Positions 48,706 to 57,269 of a stretch of 57,774 bases of DNA are shown here, piece after piece. Both the position numbers and the translations under genes were made by a program. Under the pieces are notes generated by a model. The model made no database searches and had not been told where the DNA came from. It saw only the letters and a list, made by a program, of their open reading frames with translations. Source of the DNA: Mariniphaga sp. (GTDB taxonomy: Bacteria > Bacteroidota > Bacteroidia > Bacteroidales > Prolixibacteraceae); NCBI GenBank assembly GCA_035645995.1, contig DASRQG010000684.1, positions 1 through 57,774 on the forward strand, read 5' to 3'. Positions within the stretch are counted from its first letter, which is position 1. Every line of letters starts with the position of its first letter.

Positions 48706-49761
48706 TTAAAGCAAAAAATGTAATTGTCTTCTAATAACCGGGCCAAGTAAGTTTGTTAAAGTTAAAGGAAGAGATCGCCATATACGGATAAAATTATCTT
48801 TTTTTGTATTTTCAACAGAATGATAAACATTTTCATTTTCGGAAAATTGATACCAGAATAACGGTTCTGGTTGTGCGCCCCATTGAAGTTTGAATTTATA
48901 AGTGCCTTCATCTATTGTGCTCCTCCCAAAATCAAAATAGCGGTATCCTGATTCGATAGAATATTTAAGCATTTCCCAGTATAGAAGCATATTGGGAGCT
49001 GTTTTCCGGGATGCCCGATCGAATGAAGCCCATGGGTTTACAAGAGTGTCTCTGAATCCGGCTACGAATGAACACGCTACTGGTTTTAAATTATGGTAAA
49101 CCAGAAAAAGACGATTTGATTGAGTCTGGGAATTGAGCATATTGGAGATGATTTTTTTTGAGTGTACAGGAGAGCCAAGAATCTTCATGTTAGAACTGAA
49201 GACATCATAGAAGTCATTCAGAAGTTCAATACCACCGATTCGTACAGTGCAACCTTCTTTTTGTGGTTTTCGAATCTGACTTCTCAGTTTTGATGAGAAA
49301 GATTTAAAAAGTTCTTCTGAAGATTCAGGTAAAAAAAGTTTTAATCGAACTTTATTGGAGATTAAATTTCTAAAACAGCAAAACTCAATTTTGTCCGGGA
49401 GAAGGAGTGGATATGCATGACGTAGCTCAATGTAGTCGCATTTAAGATGTTTTGATATTGCAAGGGCATAATTGAGAAGATATAGATTGACATACGGGTT
49501 GTTTGCGATTATTCCGCCGTAATCACAAAATGGGAGAGAAACCAGAGAATTGCCAAGAAATATACTTTTAATATGAAAAAGTGGAAGGACCCCGATGATT
49601 TGAGATCCTTCATGAGCAAACAAATAATAACTTTTATGATTGTATGTTTTTTCGATAACTGTTTTAAATGACGAAATATGATATACACTGGCTTCACTAT
49701 GTTCTTTTACATATTCATCCCATGAATTTGTCTGAGTCTTAAGAATTGATATGTTGAGCAT
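48706..49761 (-). CDS. FemAB-related (GNAT-fold) protein, exosortase-A/PEP-CTERM-system type
   Basis: WDEYV..H..AS.YH, GVLPL, LVSLPFCDYGG, YIELR, KLRSQIRK, LGSPV, APNMLLYW, FDFGRS...EGTYKFKLQWGA. Confidence 0.88.
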   Translation of the reverse strand: MLNISILKTQTNSWDEYVKEHSEASVYHISSFKTVIEKTYNHKSYYLFAHEGSQIIGVLPLFHIKSIFLGNSLVSLPFCDYGGIIANNPYVNLYLLNYALAISKHLKCDYIELRHAYPLLLPDKIEFCCFRNLISNKVRLKLFLPESSEELFKSFSSKLRSQIRKPQKEGCTVRIGGIELLNDFYDVFSSNMKILGSPVHSKKIISNMLNSQTQSNRLFLVYHNLKPVACSFVAGFRDTLVNPWASFDRASRKTAPNMLLYWEMLKYSIESGYRYFDFGRSTIDEGTYKFKLQWGAQPEPLFWYQFSENENVYHSVENTKKDNFIRIWRSLPLTLTNLLGPVIRRQLHFLL

Positions 49762-52201
49762 ATTTCCCTGCTGTTTTTGAAACTTTTGATTCTGTACAAA
49801 TATCTTCCATGTTCAAGACTGTCCCAATATCTCCCATGTTCAAGACTGTCCCAAGGCATTTTTTACCAATAACAGGATAGTCATTTGATATTATTTTGCG
49901 AAAATTGATTACATCTGTAATACCGGATTTAACAACGAGAATGTAATGTGAAAATGATTTTCCAAGTATTGCAGCATCCCCAGTAATGCCGATTGAAGGA
50001 GAATCTATGATCAGAAATCCCGAACCACTTGTTAATTCAACTTGTAAAGATGATAATAACTTTGATTGAAAAAGGCTCTGTGGATTTTGTATGCTTTTTC
50101 CACAAGAAATCAGTCGTAAGTGAGGAACAAAAGTATTTTGTATCGGTATCGAGATTGAAGATTTGTTTACTTCTGTATCTGAGGATAACAAATATTCAGA
50201 CAATCCGGGTGATTTATTTGCAGAAAACATAGTGTGCAGATTACCACTTCGTAAATTGGCGTCAATCAGGACTGTTTCAAATCCCTGCTCTGCGAGGGCC
50301 ATTGCAAGGTTGGCTGATATCGTAGTAGAACCTTCATTGGTATCCATTGCCGTTACAATAATGCTTCTTTCTTTTTTATTGAATAGTTCAAGGTTTACCT
50401 TTGTGGCAAGAGACCGGAAAAGATCTTTTGTATAGAAAGGAAAATATTTTTTATTCTGTAACAGAATATTGCCAGATTCATGAAAATTATTTGAATTTAA
50501 TGATTCTGGTAAGATGGATTGAATTGTGTTTGCTTTACCTTTTTTTTTCTGACTGAATGGTTTTTTGATAAAAGGTATGGTACCCAGGAACCGGTAAGGA
50601 AGAAGTCTGGTGAGTTCATGTTCAGAGTGTACAGTTCTGTCGATGAAATCCATGAAAAGAGGAGGCATAAAAGAAATACCAAGTATACAGGCTGTCATTA
50701 TAAGAAGCATTTGAATAATTTGCATATCAAGTGGAGGTGGAATTGGCTGGACAGCATAATCCATTATGTAAACATCAGAAATGTCAACAGATTCCATCAC
50801 TTTAGTTTCGTTGTATTTACTTAATAAAGTAGAATAAATTTCTGAGTTTATCTGTTGTTTGCGTTGTAATTCAGCCAACTGGATTTCTTTGCCTGGAATT
50901 TGGCGTAATTGCGATGATATTTTATTTATTGAAATAAGTTTGTCATCATAATATTTTCCTAATTGAGAAGAAAAACTTTCCAATGCCTGTATTGCTTTGT
51001 TGCCCAGAGACAGATATCTGTTATCAAATGTTTTGAATATTGGATGATTTGAAGAATAATTTTGTCTGGCGTATTCCCTTTCGATCTCAATTCTTGTAAG
51101 TTCATTTTGGAGTGAATGTGCAGCCAGACTTCCATTGGTTTGTAGAAAAACAATAACCTCATCGGTTGTTTGTCGCTTATCATCAGAATTTGTGAATTTG
51201 TTTTTCAATCTTACAGCTGTTTCGAGCAAATCAGCTTTTTGTATTTTATCTGTTTCCAGTTGGACAAGTTCATTCATTACCTGTTGTGTATATGTACTTA
51301 ACCCGACTGAAGGATGAGCAGAGAGAAAATTATTAAGATCTTTTCGGGCTTGTTCAAGTTGAGTTTCAGCAGATACTAACTGCATTTTATATGACTCTTG
51401 AACTTCTTTAATCCTTTTATTTCTAATATTTAAATTCCTCTGAATGAAAAGGTTCCCAATACAATTGACAATCTGCGTTATCAGTGAATAATCTTTTCCT
51501 TCAAGTGAAGCAGTAAAAAAATATTTTTGTTCCCGGGAATCGGGGCTGGTAACCTTTAGTTTCTCTACGATATTATCTATGGCTACCCTTTCAGGAATTA
51601 CATCGAATTTAAATGAAAAAGGTTGCGCAGTAAAAGATTGAGTGAATTTTAAAAAAGCACCCGGAAAACGGATTGTCGAACGATTGGAAAGTGAACCACT
51701 CAAAACTGTTGTTTCTTTAATACCAGTATGTTTGTTAGAGTATGAAAGTTTATAACTTTTATTTGTTACATTACTAAATTTAAAATGATAAGTCCCATAT
51801 TGTATAGTTGAATCTATATCCAGAGAATCAATAATTTCATAACGGGAATATTTTTTAATTTTAAGTTTTAATGATAAACTGTCTACTACTTCTTTAAGAA
51901 ACGGACGGCTTACAATGAGTCTTTCTTTGTTTCTGTAAACTCCCCCGTAATCTCCAAAAGCATAATCTGAAGTCGGGCTGTCGATGCCAATTACAATGGT
52001 TGCAGATAATGGCGGTTTTACCATTATGCCAAAATTTCTTGCTCCGAAAAATGCAATAACAGCAACGATCGGAGCAGTTAAAAAAACATACCATTTCCAT
52101 CTCCATAAAAGCTTTTTATAATGCCGTATATAGAATGAAAAATCAATATCCTTCCAGGATGATTGTACCGATTGATTCATATTATTCTCCCGAAATGTCA
52201 A
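49739..52201 (-). CDS. Second Wzc-family co-polymerase, probable pseudokinase
   Basis: Same architecture as 8466-10901, including the shared LWRWKWY. Walker A reads TNEGST (no Lys) and there is no Tyr cluster. Confidence 0.82.
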   Translation of the reverse strand: MTFRENNMNQSVQSSWKDIDFSFYIRHYKKLLWRWKWYVFLTAPIVAVIAFFGARNFGIMVKPPLSATIVIGIDSPTSDYAFGDYGGVYRNKERLIVSRPFLKEVVDSLSLKLKIKKYSRYEIIDSLDIDSTIQYGTYHFKFSNVTNKSYKLSYSNKHTGIKETTVLSGSLSNRSTIRFPGAFLKFTQSFTAQPFSFKFDVIPERVAIDNIVEKLKVTSPDSREQKYFFTASLEGKDYSLITQIVNCIGNLFIQRNLNIRNKRIKEVQESYKMQLVSAETQLEQARKDLNNFLSAHPSVGLSTYTQQVMNELVQLETDKIQKADLLETAVRLKNKFTNSDDKRQTTDEVIVFLQTNGSLAAHSLQNELTRIEIEREYARQNYSSNHPIFKTFDNRYLSLGNKAIQALESFSSQLGKYYDDKLISINKISSQLRQIPGKEIQLAELQRKQQINSEIYSTLLSKYNETKVMESVDISDVYIMDYAVQPIPPPLDMQIIQMLLIMTACILGISFMPPLFMDFIDRTVHSEHELTRLLPYRFLGTIPFIKKPFSQKKKGKANTIQSILPESLNSNNFHESGNILLQNKKYFPFYTKDLFRSLATKVNLELFNKKERSIIVTAMDTNEGSTTISANLAMALAEQGFETVLIDANLRSGNLHTMFSANKSPGLSEYLLSSDTEVNKSSISIPIQNTFVPHLRLISCGKSIQNPQSLFQSKLLSSLQVELTSGSGFLIIDSPSIGITGDAAILGKSFSHYILVVKSGITDVINFRKIISNDYPVIGKKCLGTVLNMGDIGTVLNMEDICTESKVSKTAGKYAQHINS
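49800..49853. repeat. 27-bp tandem duplication (2 units, 1 mismatch) in the 3' end of the wzc paralog
   Basis: ATATCTTCCATGTTCAAGACTGTCCCA / ATATCTCCCATGTTCAAGACTGTCCCA encodes GTVLNMGDI-GTVLNMEDI. Confidence 0.92.
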
Positions 52202-52685
52202 TTTGAATTAAGTCAAACAAGTAAAGTAAAAAGTTATCGGATATGACTATGCGTATCATTACAGTACCTTAAAGTGCAGAATCATGTTCTGGTTTAAATA
52301 TTCAGAATAGAAAACGGAAGTAAAAAAAAGAAAAAAGTCGATATTTGTTATCAAGATACTGTCCATATTTTACCTGGTAGAAATGTAATTCGGAATCGGA
52401 AAATATTGAATTCACTACCTGCTGTATGAACTTGTCAATATCAAAGAACGCTCATTTTATAAAATGACTGATACCAATAAATATTTAGAGCGCAACCTAC
52501 AGTTAAAGAAGAGCATAATTAAAAAAACAGGAAAACAGATCGATTCTGTAGTTACTTCTTCTATAAAAGTATTCAATAGGTATGCCAGATATTTATGGAG
52601 GGAATGTATAAGACCGGAATAGAAAATGATGAATTTGGCAGGAACACTTTTTGCAGCTTAATTGCAGAAAAAATCAGAGGTGTTG

Positions 52686-53864
52686 ATGAAATTAGTAAAA
52701 TTAATTTTATTACTGGTGTTAACAGTTTTAATAAATGGTATTGATGCAAAACTGAAATTAAAGGCTGGTACTCCACATGTGTTCATTCCACAACACCGAC
52801 CTTTTGCGGATTCGCTAATGAAACAGTTAGAGGTTAAGTCTGGTTTTGGAATTACAGTATTTGCCAGAAACGTATGCGGTGCAAGAATGCTTGCTGTTGC
52901 CAAAGATAGTACTGTGCTTGTTACTTGCCCTGATGAAGGGCAGGTTATAGCTTTGAAAGATACCACAAGTAATGGTGTAGCGGATAAAATCAACATAGTT
53001 GTTGATTTTATCCAGGGTGTACACGGGATTGAGGTTTATGATGAAAATATTTATGTTGCGACATCCAGGAGTATATGGTTAATAAAGAAGGATAAAGACT
53101 CATACACTGCACCTGAACTTATTGTTGATGATCTTCCGCCGGGTGGACAACATCCTAACCGTACATTGGGTATCGGCCCTGATGAGAAACTATATATAAG
53201 TATAGGAAGTGAATGTAATGCCTGTATTGAAGATAATCCGGAACATGCAACATTAATAAAGATGGATCTGGACGGGAAAAACAGAACACTACATGCAAAA
53301 GGATTACGAAACACAATAGGTTTTGACTGGCACCCAGAAACGGGACAGATGTGGGGAATGGATCAGGGAAGTGATAACAGGGGTGATACATTACCACCTG
53401 AAGAACTGAATTTAATTGAGGAGGGAAGAGATTATGGATGGCCATTTGTATTCGGAAAATGGAAAATTGATCCGATTCTGGGATTGCCTGCGAAAAGGAA
53501 AATGTCTGGAACAGATTATCTCCTCTCAACAACACCTTCTGTAATGGAATACAGTGCCCATAATTCGCCTGTCGGCTTTGTTTTTTATAAAGGAGAACAG
53601 TTTCCAGCTTACTATAAAAATGGTGCATTTATTACATTCAGGGGATCGTGGAACAGAAGAATACCTGAAGGGTATAAAGTAGTTTTTTTAAAATTTAATG
53701 AAGGGAAACCTGTTCAATTTGAAGATTTTATAAAGGGATTTCTTATTGAAAACAAAACAGCACAATTTGGACGTTTAGCTGGAATCGCAGTATTACCTGA
53801 TGGTTCGTTAATATTTTGTGATGATTCAAATGGAATGATTTACAGGGTGTTTCGTCGGAGATGA
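52686..53864 (+). CDS. PQQ-dependent sugar/sorbosone dehydrogenase family (six-bladed propeller), secreted
   Basis: Signal peptide from ATG 52686. ARMLA, GGQHPNRT, LYISIGS.CNAC, GLRNTIGFDWHP, PPEELN, DYGWP, RGSWNR, DDSNG.IYR. Confidence 0.88.
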   Translation: MKLVKLILLLVLTVLINGIDAKLKLKAGTPHVFIPQHRPFADSLMKQLEVKSGFGITVFARNVCGARMLAVAKDSTVLVTCPDEGQVIALKDTTSNGVADKINIVVDFIQGVHGIEVYDENIYVATSRSIWLIKKDKDSYTAPELIVDDLPPGGQHPNRTLGIGPDEKLYISIGSECNACIEDNPEHATLIKMDLDGKNRTLHAKGLRNTIGFDWHPETGQMWGMDQGSDNRGDTLPPEELNLIEEGRDYGWPFVFGKWKIDPILGLPAKRKMSGTDYLLSTTPSVMEYSAHNSPVGFVFYKGEQFPAYYKNGAFITFRGSWNRRIPEGYKVVFLKFNEGKPVQFEDFIKGFLIENKTAQFGRLAGIAVLPDGSLIFCDDSNGMIYRVFRRR

Positions 53865-54021
53865 ATAATGCAAAATCGTTTTGCACTAATCATGTATTTT
53901 GACAAAAAAATTCTATTCCTCTTTAATAATTTACTTTTATCTTTTATTGCCAATTGTTATACTCACTAAAATCCACACATCTGCTTTGTTGTTATATTGA
54001 ATTTCCGGAGTAGTTTATTCG

Positions 54022-54861
54022 ATGCACATAAAATGTTGGGGCTCCAGAGGGTCAATACCGGTTAGTGGTAAAAATTACCTGAAATATGGGGGTGAGACAA
54101 CCTGTATTGAAGTCAGGTCATCAAAAGGTGATACTATTATAATTGATGCAGGTAGTGGTATTCGGGCTTTAGGTTTAAAGCTGATTAAAGAAAAACTATC
54201 AGGTGTTCATATCCTTTTTACACATACTCATCTTGATCATATTTTAGGATTTCCGTTTTTTTTACCTTTGTTCGATTCCTCTTTTATTATAAATGTTTAT
54301 GGATATTCACATGATAGTTATAGTATTAAAAATATTCTAAATGGAATTATGCGTTCCCCCTATTTCCCGATAGATCTGGAAACTATTCAGCAGGCAATTA
54401 AGTTTATTAACATATCAGACAAACCGTTTAGAATCGGATCAATAGAAATTCAACCGATTTTTCTTAACCATCCTGGTGGGGGGTTAGGATATAGGTTTGA
54501 AGAAAATGGATCTGTGTTTATATTTCTAACAGATAATGAGTTACTTGATGAAATGACTGGAAAAATATTGTTTCATGATTATGTTGAATTCTGTAAAAAT
54601 GCTGATCTTCTGATTCATGATGCGGAATTCAATAATGATGAGTATCAGAAATTTAAATTTTGGGGTCATTCGTCATATACAGAAGCGATAAGGCTTGGTA
54701 TTAAGGCAAATGCAAAACGGATAGGTTTGTTTCACCTGAACAGCTCACGAACTGATGATCAGGTTGATTTTATGGTAAACAGTAGTAAAAATATAGTTTC
54801 TGAGCTTGATAGCTCTCTTGAAGTTTTCGCTGTGAATTGTGGCTTTAAGACAGTGGTTTAA
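54022..54861 (+). CDS. Metallo-beta-lactamase-fold hydrolase (phosphodiesterase/RNase Z-like)
   Basis: WGSRGSIP, YGGETTC, IDAGSG, THTHLDH, LNHPGG, TDNE, IHDA, WGHS, LFH. Confidence 0.88.
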   Translation: MHIKCWGSRGSIPVSGKNYLKYGGETTCIEVRSSKGDTIIIDAGSGIRALGLKLIKEKLSGVHILFTHTHLDHILGFPFFLPLFDSSFIINVYGYSHDSYSIKNILNGIMRSPYFPIDLETIQQAIKFINISDKPFRIGSIEIQPIFLNHPGGGLGYRFEENGSVFIFLTDNELLDEMTGKILFHDYVEFCKNADLLIHDAEFNNDEYQKFKFWGHSSYTEAIRLGIKANAKRIGLFHLNSSRTDDQVDFMVNSSKNIVSELDSSLEVFAVNCGFKTVV

Positions 54862-54939
54862 TCTGGCCGATTATCGAACTGACAATTAACTCTCTCCTGT
54901 AATTATCGTTATCGAAAGACTGTCGGGCGTTTCTTTCTG

Positions 54940-54995
54940 TACAAGCCAGGTTGTTACTTCAATTTCCGCAAAAAGGCTTGCGTAAAGTAATCGTT
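54940..54995 (+). repeat. Possible 3' fragment of the dispersed element (copy G)
   Basis: GCCAGG...CCGCAAAAAGGCTTGCGTAAAGTAATCGT resembles CCGCGAAAAAGAACTGGTGTAAAGGAATCGT of copy C. Confidence 0.35.
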
Positions 54996-55294
54996 ACTAT
55001 TTTTGGTAATAGATCTGCATTTGTTATTTTTAAAAAAAATCACTTTTTCTTAATGTTGCTCTAATGTTATACTAAAGCGTCCAAAAATTAAACCATTAGA
55101 GGCATTTATTGCACTATAAGTGGGTATTTGCTATATTTTATCACTTTTTTCGACATGTTCAATTAAAAATGAATTATTTAGTGGCATTCCTGCACAATGG
55201 CAGATTTGAAAGGATTGTATAACCAATTTTCCTGACATGCATATGAGAGTGAAACGTGTAAATTAGATTATTTTAATGAGGTGAGATAAAGAGT

Positions 55295-56143
55295 ATGGAA
55301 AAAACACAATTTCTTCCAGACGATGGTTCTCTTGCACTATATCTGAAAGAAATCGGGAAGAACAGAACCCTGACAATAGAAGAAGAAGCAAAGTTAGCTG
55401 TTCGAATACGCAAAGGAGAAAAAAAAGCGCTCGAGAAACTGGTTAAAGCAAATCTTCGTTTTGTTGTTAGCGTTGCGCGCAATTATCAAAATCAGGGTCT
55501 TCCGTTGAATGATTTGATCAATGAAGGTAATCTTGGATTGATCAGGGCTGCAAAACGGTTTGATGAAAAGAAAAATTTCAAATTTATTTCATACGCTGTA
55601 TGGTGGATAAGACAGGCGATACTTCAAGCCCTTGCAGAGCAATCAAGGATAATAAAACTTCCTCTAAACAGAGTCGGAACGATTCACAAAATAGGTAAAA
55701 TGCAGAGCAGGCTGGAGCAGAAATACCGGCGTCTTCCTAATGTGCAGGAGCTCGCAACAGAACTTAATATAGAAGAAACTGAAGTTCAGGAGACAATTAA
55801 AATCGGAAATAGTCATGTGTCTCTTGATGCACCTTTGCAGCATGGTGAAGATTCCAAACTGCTTGATGTTCTTCAAGACAGCAATCAGGAGAAACCAGAT
55901 AGCGGATTAATGGAAATCTCTCTTCAGGATGAGATCAACAAGACGTTAGATACTCTTAGTGAGCGGGAAAAAGAGGTTGTAAGGCTGTATTTTGGTATTG
56001 GAGAGGAAACATCTCACACTCTTGAGGAGATTGGTCAAAGATTCAATCTTACACGGGAGAGAGCTCGTCAGATTAAGGAAAAAGCACTTAAAAGACTCAA
56101 ACATTCCTCTCGTAGCAAAAGATTGTTAGCTTACAGAACGTAA
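55295..56143 (+). CDS. RNA polymerase sigma-70 factor, RpoD/SigA family (short form lacking region 1.1)
   Basis: [58 protein letters not shown]. Confidence 0.93.
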   Translation: MEKTQFLPDDGSLALYLKEIGKNRTLTIEEEAKLAVRIRKGEKKALEKLVKANLRFVVSVARNYQNQGLPLNDLINEGNLGLIRAAKRFDEKKNFKFISYAVWWIRQAILQALAEQSRIIKLPLNRVGTIHKIGKMQSRLEQKYRRLPNVQELATELNIEETEVQETIKIGNSHVSLDAPLQHGEDSKLLDVLQDSNQEKPDSGLMEISLQDEINKTLDTLSEREKEVVRLYFGIGEETSHTLEEIGQRFNLTRERARQIKEKALKRLKHSSRSKRLLAYRT

Positions 56144-56221
56144 AAATTAATTTTAGCGCAAAAACTGAATTTTTTGTTTATATTATCAATAATATAAACA
56201 GTTTTTCAGGAACCGGTAAAT

Positions 56222-56560
56222 ATGGATAAAACGATTCGATTTCTTCTATTAATCAGTTTTATACCGTTAATATTGTTTTCTACAGCTTTTGCCTCAGATA
56301 ATAATAACAGAAACATAAATAAGAATACGGTTCTGAAAGCACAACCGTATAGTGTCAATCGGGATATAGCATTTATTTCAATTATGGGAAGTCGTCCAAG
56401 CTCCAGGCAGCTTCAGGGGTTTCAATGGGCAGTGCTGTATAATGCACAGGGACGAATGGTGCAAAAGGTAAGTATGAAAAATGATTCTATCTACTCCCTG
56501 GATAAAATGATTCAGGAAAATAAAACAAAAGGTCCCCTGTTAATTAAAATGTTTAAATAA
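56222..56560 (+). CDS. Small secreted protein with T9SS-CTD-like motif
   Basis: Signal peptide ending AFA. VLYNAQGRMV and terminal GPLLIKM. Confidence 0.55.
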   Translation: MDKTIRFLLLISFIPLILFSTAFASDNNNRNINKNTVLKAQPYSVNRDIAFISIMGSRPSSRQLQGFQWAVLYNAQGRMVQKVSMKNDSIYSLDKMIQENKTKGPLLIKMFK

Positions 56561-56904
56561 CTCTGATCCTCTCAAAACCGATTATTTCCTGAATAAATAC
56601 TACCTCAATATTATAAACCCTCTCTTGAAGATTATAATCAAACAAAGTTTTTCATTCTGATGTTACTTAAATCAGAAGACTACTTTATGCGAGTCTTTTT
56701 CGCCACATTTGCATGTTAACAATTACTAATTATATTATAATTTTCAAATTCAATAGACAGGATGGTCCCATTATGCGTGCTAGGAACAATTTTGTCTCTC
56801 GCCTATATCCGCAACCATGTCCCGGGAGACATTGTTGTGTTTTTCGTTTATCTTTAGATATTCTTAAGATCTGTTTCGAATTTATAAAAAAAGCTCTTTT
56901 ATCT

Positions 56905-57032
56905 GCAATTATGGGATACTGATACCGATACCAAAAAAATGCCAGGTAGATATATATTACCTTCACAGCCATAAAACCGTTTCTGCGGTAGTGCCGCTCG
57001 CGCAGCTCATCGAAAATTAAAATCGTCTCCAT
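56905..57032 (-). repeat. Dispersed intergenic element, copy A
   Basis: Reverse complement reads ATGGAGACGATTTTAATTTTCGATGAGCTGCGCGAGCGGCACTACCGCAGAAACGGTTTTATGGCTGTGAAGGTAATATATATCTACCTGG. Confidence 0.88.
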
Positions 57033-57269
57033 TTAGATATCAAGTTTACCATTCATGGTTTAATATTTAAAATCTGCCAGATGCATATATTTCAAGGATT
57101 TTTATTGGTTTTCTGATTACTGGCTTGAGTATAAAATTGTAGTCTGAAGAGTGATTAAGGTTTTACTGTGCATGTCTGTGGAATCATGTGATTATAGCAA
57201 CACTTTTTATATTTGACATTTTTTAACATTGATGATAACCTTTACTTCATATAGTTAAGGATTTATAAA

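Noticed and set aside
56730-57032. 100-aa ORF (METILIFDELRERH...) as a repeated small-protein family
   Set aside because: It starts in repeat copy A, but the other copies have indels and stops that break this frame. Conservation is at the nucleotide and structure level.
18062-57032. Interpreting the dispersed element as CRISPR repeats or integron attC sites
   Set aside because: Copies are kilobases apart and diverged, with no regular spacers and no RYYYAAC/GTTRRRY ends. No cas or integrase gene is present.
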